A stretch of DNA of 60,000 bases from positions 47,370,001 through 47,430,000 of the forward strand of contig OZ249436.1 of assembly GCA_965235115.1 (NCBI GenBank), in the 5' to 3' direction. The notes under the pieces were generated by a model. That model was not told where the DNA came from. It did no database searches and saw nothing but the letters and a program-made list of their open reading frames with translations. Origin of the DNA: Laetmonice hystrix. Taxonomy: Eukaryota. The translations under genes and the position numbers were made by a program. Positions 51,876 to 60,000 of this stretch are shown here, piece after piece. The stretch's first letter is position 1, and each line of letters opens with the position of its first letter.

Positions 51876-53963
51876 CATCTCTCGCAAACAAGACCTGTGA
51901 CAGCCCTGAGTACCACAATCATCTCTCACAAACAAGACCTGTGACAGCCCTGAGTATTCTCCACAATCGTCTCTCACAAACAAGACCTGTGACAGCCCTG
52001 AGTACCACAATCATCTCTCACAAACAAGACCTGTGACAGCCCTGAGTATTCTCCACAATCATCTCTCACAAACAAGACCTGTGACAGCCCGGAGTATTCT
52101 CCACAATCATCTCTCACAAACAAGACCTGTGACAGCCCTGAGTACCACAATCATCTCTCACAAACAAGACCTGTGACAGCCCTGAGTATTCTCCACAATC
52201 GTCTCTCACAAACAAGACCTGTGACAGCCCTGAGTACCACAATCATCTCTCACAAACAAGACCTGTGACAGCCCTGAGTATTCTCCACAATCATCTCTCA
52301 CAAACAAGACCTGTGACAGCCCGGAGTACCACAATCATCTCTCACAAACAAGACCTGTGACAGCCCTGAGTATTCTCCACAATCATCTCTCACAAACAAG
52401 ACCTGTGACAGCCCTGAGTATTCTCCACAATCATCTCTCACAAACAAGACCTGTGACAGCCCTGAGTATTCTCCACAATTATCTCTCGCAAACAAGACCT
52501 GTGACAGCCCTGAGTACCACAATCATCTCTCACAAACAAGACCTGTGACAGCCCTGAGTATTCTCCACAATCGTCTCTCACAAACAAGACCTGTGACAGC
52601 CCTGAGTACCACAATCATCTCTCACAAACAAGACCTGTGACAGCCCTGAGTATTCTCCACAATCATCTCTCACAAACAAGACCTGTGACAGCCCGGAGTA
52701 TTCTCCACAATCATCTCTCACAAACAAGACCTGTGACAGCCCTGAGTACCACAATCATCTCTCACAAACAAGACCTGTGACAGCCCTGAGTACCACAATC
52801 ATCTCTCACAAACAAGACCTGTGACAGCCCTGAGTACCACAATCATCTCTCACAAACAAGACCTGTGACAGCCCGGAGTACCACAATCATCTCTCACAAA
52901 CAAGACATGTGACATCCCTGAGTACTCTCCACAATCATCTCTCACAAACAAGACCTGTGACAGCCCTGAGCATTCTCCACAATCATCTGTCACAAACAAG
53001 ACCTGTGACATCCCTGAGTATTCTCCACAATCGTCTCTCACAAACAAGACCTGTGACAGCCCTGAGCATTCTCCACAATCATCTCTCACAAACAAGACCT
53101 GTGACAGCCCGGAGTACTCTCCACAATCATCTCTCACAAACAAGACCTGTGACAGCCCTGAGTACCACAATCATCTCTCACAAACAAGACCTGTGACAGC
53201 CCTGAGTATTCTCCACAATCGTCTCTCACAAACAAGACCTGTGACAGCCCTAAGTACCACAATCATCTCTCACAAACAAGACCTGTGACAGCCCGGAGTA
53301 TTCTCCACAATCATCTCTCACAAACAAGACCTGTGACAGCCCTAAATATTCTCCACAATCATCTCTCACAAACAAGACCTGTGACAGCCCTGAGTACCAC
53401 AATCATCTCTCACAAACAAGACCTGTGACAGCCCTAAGTACTCTCCACAATCATCTCTCACAAACAAGACCTGTGACAGCCCGGAGTACCACAATCGTCT
53501 CTCACAAACAAGACCTGTGACAGCCCTGAGTATTCTCCACAATCATCTCTCACAAACAAGACCTGTGACAGCCCGGAGTATTCTTCACAATCATCTCTCA
53601 CAAACAAGACCTGTGACAGCCCTGAGTACCACAATCATCTCTCACAAACAAGACCTGTGACAGCCCTGAGTATTCTTCACAATCATCTCTCACAAACAAG
53701 ACCTGTGACAGCCCTGAGTACCACAATCGTCTCTCACAAACAAGACCTGTGACAGCCCTGAGTATTCTCCACAATCATCTCTCACAAACAAGACCTGTGA
53801 CAGCCCTGAGTACTCTCCACAATCATCTCTCACAAACAAGACCTGTGACAGCCCTGAGTACCACAATCATCTCTCCCAAACAAGACCTGTGACAGCCCTA
53901 AGTATTCTCCACAATCGTCTCTCACAAACAAGACCTGTGACAGCCCTGAGTATTCTTCACAAT
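51876..53963. repeat. 44/48-bp two-variant minisatellite, ~45 copies
   Basis: ACAAGACCTGTGACAGCCCTGAGTA[TTCT]CCACAATCATCTCTCACAA. Confidence 0.97.
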
Positions 53964-54073
53964 GAATCCATCCTAATCATGACTGGACTGGTCCTTGTTG
54001 ACTCACAGAGAATTACTTCGTACTTTTCATCATCCACAAGTTCTCATATCTCTCGTTTTTTTCTCTCTCTTAC

Positions 54074-54220
54074 TCCAAAGTTAGTAGAATATTCTGTCTC
54101 CTCCAGGCCCTCCATCATGGATCTCTTGATGTATAGTTCCCACGGACGTGACATTTCTCTGACAACTGTTTTATCCCAGACGCCGGGAACGCGGCGCCTG
54201 TGTTGTATGAGTTCCAAAGT
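54074..54220 (-). CDS. Weak candidate internal exon (49 codons, TLELIQHRRRVPGVWDKTVVREMSRPWELYIKRSMMEGLEETEYSTNFG)
   Basis: TTCTCAGTCCTGTAG acceptor, GGA|GTAAGA donor, open phase-0 frame; no homology recognised. Confidence 0.2.
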
Positions 54221-56466
54221 CTACAGGACTGAGAACACTTGGAGAGGCACGCACGGACCTGTCTGTACACACCTTCTCCGACGTAAGACCGTCTCAAAAC
54301 CTCCGTTTCCTGGAGCTCAACTTGATGAGGTAATACCGACCCAACCCAGCCACAACCATGGTCAATTTCCCCTCCTGTGACATTATAACGCTTAAATAAA
54401 TAGGAAAGATATCATGAATATAGAACATCATGCATACACATTTCCTCGAGGCCTACTGCACATGGTGAACCTGAAGTTCTTTAGGCCTATATTCTCATCC
54501 GCATGTGTTATTTCATTGGACTTCTTTTTTGGGCACGCCTCAGGAGGCACGACTTTCCGCCACGTTGCTGTGAGGTCTCAGATCACAAAACATTTCAACA
54601 TTATATTGCAGTCTCATATTACCTATTAAGTTTAAGTAGGTAATATCAGGCACATTATGTGCCAGTATATACTGTGTCACCCCAAACACCTCATATATCT
54701 TCTCTTTACTAAACCAGCCGGGATAAAGACCCATCGAGTTGATGTGGGTTGATGTTGTGAAGGTTGTAGCCATCAGAGATGCGCTCAGAATGATCCAAGG
54801 AAGCTCCATACCGGAGGACGCACGTCCGTATTGATCTGTTCTAGGCATCACTTTCTCGTCTGACAAAATGAAAGTGTTCACGTGCTTCAGATGAGGGATT
54901 TCGTTCTCCCTGTACCAGGCGCACTCCATGCTGTCCGTAAAAACAGGACCTGTAGATTTCGTTCTGTGTGTACTGAATGCCAGGCGCACTCCATGCTGTC
55001 CGTAAGAACAGGACCTGTAGATCTATACTAGCAGAACCTCCGCTCACCGGTTGGGATCAGGTCGGGACGGCAGAAAAACACTATAAGAATCCGCGAAGAA
55101 AATGTTGGTTTTGGTGTCTAACGCTGGTTGAGCACCAATATTACGATGACCCCGGGAGGGAGAATCACTGGCCCGGTTTGTCCTATAAATGATGCCCCCC
55201 AACGGGCCCTGTCTCTCTTCAAGAGCTGTGATTGGTCCGTCAGGATTTGACCCCGCGGCTTTCAGCGGGAACCCCGTCAATGACGCGGGTCAGGAACGAC
55301 AGGTGCCGCCACTGTCGGCCCGTGTCAAGTCCCAAATATCCGCCGGTATATATCTGATATTACACGACCCATGGCTGGAAGTCGAACAAATGAACGACTG
55401 CACGCCCTCTATCCAATAACTACGGACCCAGGGGCGGCAAGATGGCTTCCTATATCTTAACACTCATTCTCTATTATACAGATACGTGCAACGGAAAGAC
55501 TATAAATGGAACAGTAGTTGGTTCATACATAAAGTGGCGTATTTAGTAAATCATTGAAGCGGGAGGGGGCAGAGCTGGGAGACTGTAAAGGCCGTGAACC
55601 CTGAAATACCGGGGAGAAACAGCCCCAACCGCCCAACTATGTCCCCTAGTGCTTCCATTTGGGCAAATAGCAATAGCGTTTAGGAGCAATACTTCGTAAT
55701 GCCAAGACATAAAATTACACATAGCCCCATCCAATACATTTTCAAAACAATAAAAACAAGGAAATTGATACTGTGAAAATGAGCCAATCCGACTAGCAGG
55801 ACATTAATTCTGCGTGCTGATTGTCCAGGAAGAAAGCTAATTAAGACAACGCTTTCAACAAGTTATACATCTTGAGAGACCTTACGTTTCCGACTAGTGG
55901 TCGTCAGTCTTGTATTTTATTTTTACCTCAGTAATTTGTCAACGAGCCAGTTTAAAGATGTTGCGAGCCCACCATGAACGGTTATAACAAAATACACACT
56001 TTATTTTCTCAGCCTGACAGCGCAATGCTATCCGGTAACCGTAGACGTGGACTTCCAACCTCCATAAAGACCGTTCACCATTTATCACCACCTCAGGACA
56101 AAAGAAACTTCTAACAAAGCACCGGCAGTTTCCGAAGTTGGTCTTCTATACATCACTGCTTCCTCATCGGGCCTGGCGGACCTGGGCCGGGTGCCGGGGG
56201 GGCGCAGGGCCTGGCGGACCTGGGCCGAGTGCTGGGGGGGCAATACCGGGGGATACGGGGGGAGTACCGGGGTACGGAGGGGAGGGGGTGTCTGCGGATT
56301 CCAGGAGGGAGCAAGTGATGCAGTGTAATGAGGGGCGGCGACCGGTGCTCATCACGCCACCTGGCGAGCAGGCCATTTAATCAGCGCCCAATCAACGCCC
56401 GATATGGCCCCCTACCGGCCGATTCCGACGATACTGTTCAGCTCAGCTCAGCTAGGTGCTCAGCTA

Positions 56467-57663
56467 CCGGTCGGAGTCACACCGTCCCTGCCCACAGACT
56501 CGGCCGGTCGGAGTCACACCGTCCCTGCCCACAGACTCGGCCAGTCGGAGTCACACCGTCCCTGCCCACTGACTCGGCCAGTCGGAGTCACACCGTCCCT
56601 GCCCACTGACTCGGCCAGTCGGAGTCACACCGTCCCTGCCCACTGACTCGGCCAGTCGGAGTCACACCATCCCTGCCCACTGACTCGGCCAGTCCCTGCC
56701 CACAGACTCGGCCGGTCGGAGTCACACCGTCCCTGCCCACAGACTCGGCCAGTCGGAGTCACACCGTCCCTGCCCACTGACTCGGCCAGTCGGAGTCACA
56801 CCGTCCCTGCCCACTGACTCGGCCAGTCGGAGTCACACCATCCCTGCCCACTGACTCGGCCAGTCCCTGCCCACAGACTCGGCCGGTCGGAGTCACACCG
56901 TCCCTGCCCACAGACTCGGCCAGTCGGAGTCACACTGTCCCTGCCCACAGACTCGGCCGGTCGGAGTCACACCGTCCCTGCCCACTGACTCGGCCGGTCG
57001 GAGCCACACCGTCCCTGCCTACAGACTCGGCCGGTCGGAGCCACACCGTCCCTGCCCACAGACTCGGCCGGTCGGAGTCACACCGTCCCTGCCCACAGAC
57101 TCGGCCGGTCGGAGTCACACCGTCCCTGCCCACTGACTCGGCCAGTCGGAGTCACACCGTCCCTGCCCACTGACTCGGCCAGTCGGAGTCACACCGTCCC
57201 TGCCCACAGACTCGGCCGGTCGGAGTCACACCGTCCCTGCCCACAGACTCGGCCAGTCGGAGTCACACCGTCCCTGCCCACAGACTCGGCCGGTCGGAGT
57301 CACACCGTCCCTGTCCACAGACTCGGCCGGTCGGAGTCACACCGTCCCTGCCCACAGACTCGGCCGGTCGGAGTCACACCGTCCCTGCCCACTGACTCGG
57401 CCGGTCGGAGTCACACCGTCCCTGCCCACTGACTCGGCCAGTCGGCGTCACACCGTCCCTGCCCACAGACTCGGCCGGTCAGAGCCACACCGTCCCTGCC
57501 CACAGACTCGGCCGGTCCCTGCCCACAGACTCGGCCAGTCGGAGTCACACCGTCCCTGCCTACAGACTCGGCCGGTCAGAGTCACACCGTCCCTGCCCAC
57601 AGACTCGGCCGGTCCCTGCCCACAGACTCGGCCGGTCGGAGTCACACCGTCCCTGCCCACAGA
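56467..57663. repeat. 37-bp minisatellite with 22-bp deletion variants, ~33 copies
   Basis: Unit CCGGTCGGAGTCACACCGTCCCTGCCCACAGACTCGG. Confidence 0.97.
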
Positions 57664-59002
57664 ATCAAGCTTTGTATTATTCATGATGCCAGTGTATCGT
57701 ATGATAAGATACGACCCTCGGCTGTTTTTGAATAACAATCTATAGGTTCCATAATTTACAATCCTCCCTCGCCTTTTCCCCGTTTACAATCCAGGACAGA
57801 AACTTACTAGTTGTTTTCTCCACCCTTTATTATCTGTGACAAGAAGACAATAGGTCACCTGTTACCTCGACTGTCAATTAATCACTACCCGAGATCACAT
57901 CACAACATAATGACGCACTAATTAGATTCTTGTCAAATTAATTGTGTCTCTTTCATGAGGTAAACGATCTTATCACTAAAAATATCTATAATTTATTAGC
58001 ATCTCCAGCACAGCCATTTCCACATTGCTGGTCTGAACGTAATGTAAGCGGTGTTTTATTTGAATATCACGACAGCTTGACTAGCACAAACAGTCAGTCG
58101 GAGTCTGAACGGACTGTGTATACATAACGAATGGAAGGTCTACTCTATTCTACATCTAAAATCAATAACCTATTAGATACATTATGTTACTAGATATATG
58201 CCACCAGCAATAAATGCTGCTTACGGAAGGTCGTCAATAAAACGCATGTACACTGATCCAAGGAAATCAAGGGGACATGTCAACGTGTCTGTTACCTCCT
58301 TAACAAATCCTGTCTGACTCGTACATAACGCGCTCTGTGTCCATGTATGTATGTATGAAGCCTCTACAAATGTACACCGTAACCGGTTCTAACGTGGGTT
58401 GTGCCCATCAAAATAAACGGGCATGGTTCGCCACCATTTGGCCACAATTTGGCCAGTCGGCGGCCAAATTGTGACATTATTATATTATGGTTGGCCGCAC
58501 TAGACACAAATCGGGATACATAAAACAAGTATACTCACATTTTACCTACGCCATTTCGACTACCTTAAATGTACTACCAACCATACTCGAACTTTTTCAG
58601 TGTGTCATGGTCAACATAAAAGTAATGTATCTTCTAATAAACGACTTTTAACTGAGACGAACAACACGAAAGTAATGTATCATCTAATTACTGAGCGACA
58701 ACTTCCGTATGTCAGCGAACAGTGGCCCACAGTACTGGTGCTGCCACTCCTGTATCGTGGTCAGTTGTTGAACTAGCCAAATCACCTTCAGGGAGTCCTC
58801 CCCCCACCGCACTGTGCACGGCAAGATAACAGTATTATAACTGCCTGGTGTGTAACTATACGATCCTAACTGATGTCTGTAGGAAACGGTACCACCACAT
58901 CATCTAGTCTCCCCATCGAACATTCACAGGAAATCTGGGGTAGCGGTTTGGGGTCAAGAATAGCAATATATTGTTCATTCTTCCCACAAACATTTTGTAT
59001 TA

Positions 59003-59391
59003 GGCCAAAAAAAAAAAAAGATTCGTTTCTTGTCCCCGCGCGCGTCACCTAAAAACCCCCGCGTCAAGTCTTTTTTTTCAAATCCGACTGCTTCATATGG
59101 TGGGCAGTGTAGCGCTGTGACAGAACGCTGCAACGGTTCTTTGGCGTTGGCGTTTTTCTGTTAGTCTTGTTGATTTTATGTGAGTTTTACACATTCTAAA
59201 ACATTGAACATCATTGCATTAGTCTTTTCTTCAAGATTTATGTACCCAACAGCAATTGCATTCGAAGAATCGGCCGTTGTCTAGTTGCATCAAAAAAAAA
59301 AAAAAGAAAGATGAAAAAAAAAAAAAAACCGCGTCACCGCACCAATTTTTTTTATATGAAAGGACAAGAAACGAAACTTTTTTTTTTGGCC
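59003..59391. mobile_element. ~390-bp MITE with GGCC termini (TA/TWA target; Zator-like or Tc1/mariner-like)
   Basis: TIRs GGCC(A)nGATTCGTTTCTTGTCC ... GGACAAGAAACGAAAC(T)nGGCC, flanked by TA on both sides. Confidence 0.85.
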
Positions 59392-59667
59392 TAATCAATC
59401 ACGTTTGTTCCGTAATCTACAAGAAAATTGCTTCAATTGCTTAAAACCAGAAACATTCACTGAGAGCATTTGTTTTTATAGCTGTATTTGACTTCAGGAT
59501 ATAAGTACCACAATGTCAATGTACGGCCCGTAATGAGGTCGTACAGTGACAGAGAGCCTAACGCTGGGACCCAGCAGATGTCGCTTTAAAATCTAAAGAC
59601 TTTAAACAGACTAACAGCATTCTACAGACGACATTAGGTGGAAATCGGTGGTAGAATTCTAATTCTA

Positions 59668-59892
59668 CAGTATGTCCCAAAAAATGATAGTCTAACTTTA
59701 GGTGTGCAATACACTTAGATATTTTAGAGGATTGTCGATTTTTGAATTTTGAAGTTGAAGTTGAACATAAACTTTGATCCCCTAGATAACTCTCAGCAAG
59801 TTTGGTGTTGACGGGGTCACGCATTACTGATCACAACCAGTATCTCTTTTTGACAATGGAACACAGACAATCATTTTTGGGGGGACATACTG
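59668..59892. mobile_element. 225-bp Tc1/mariner-type MITE
   Basis: TA|CAGTATGTCCCAAAAAATGATAGTCT ... AGACAATCATTTTTGGGGGGACATACTG|TA. Confidence 0.85.
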
Positions 59893-60000
59893 TATATGAG
59901 GCACTAAAGGTCATGAACTGTTGTCACCTGAAAATAAATAGCACATACCATCTACATATCTACGGAACCAATGTATGAAGTTTTATCCAGGCCTGCAGTA

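Noticed and set aside
55050..55280. tRNA gene or SINE
   Set aside because: Only a degenerate T-arm-like stretch (55233-55268, minus strand); no full cloverleaf, and too decayed to call.
178..57663. CRISPR-like arrays
   Set aside because: All arrays are head-to-tail tandem repeats without unique spacers (including 30113-30971 and 47722-48478); there are no cas genes and the context is eukaryotic.

Overview
This is eukaryotic (metazoan, probably invertebrate) non-coding DNA, not a prokaryotic locus. No rRNA, intact tRNA, CRISPR array or autonomous transposase is visible. About 40% of the 60 kb (summed by eye) consists of more than 40 mostly unrelated mini- and microsatellite arrays (units mostly 12-95 bp, one ~135 bp), and these explain most long ORFs in the ORF track. 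The rest holds short non-autonomous mobile elements: MITEs with TIRs and TSDs, two V-SINE-like remnants, and about 10 diverged copies of one ~170-210 bp element with a (CCCTAA)-like core. Several copies of that element have grown their own distinct internal minisatellites. There is also a near-identical 1.54 kb tandem duplication joined at 4 bp of microhomology. The window probably lies in the large intron(s) of a minus-strand gene. The evidence is one credible coding exon (3024-3527, clean CAG|GTAAAC donor), two weak exon candidates, and a textbook recursive-splice-site motif at 22201-22245 (branch point, pyrimidine tract, CAG|GTGAGT). The gene could not be identified. Copy numbers and element edges were read by eye and are approximate.
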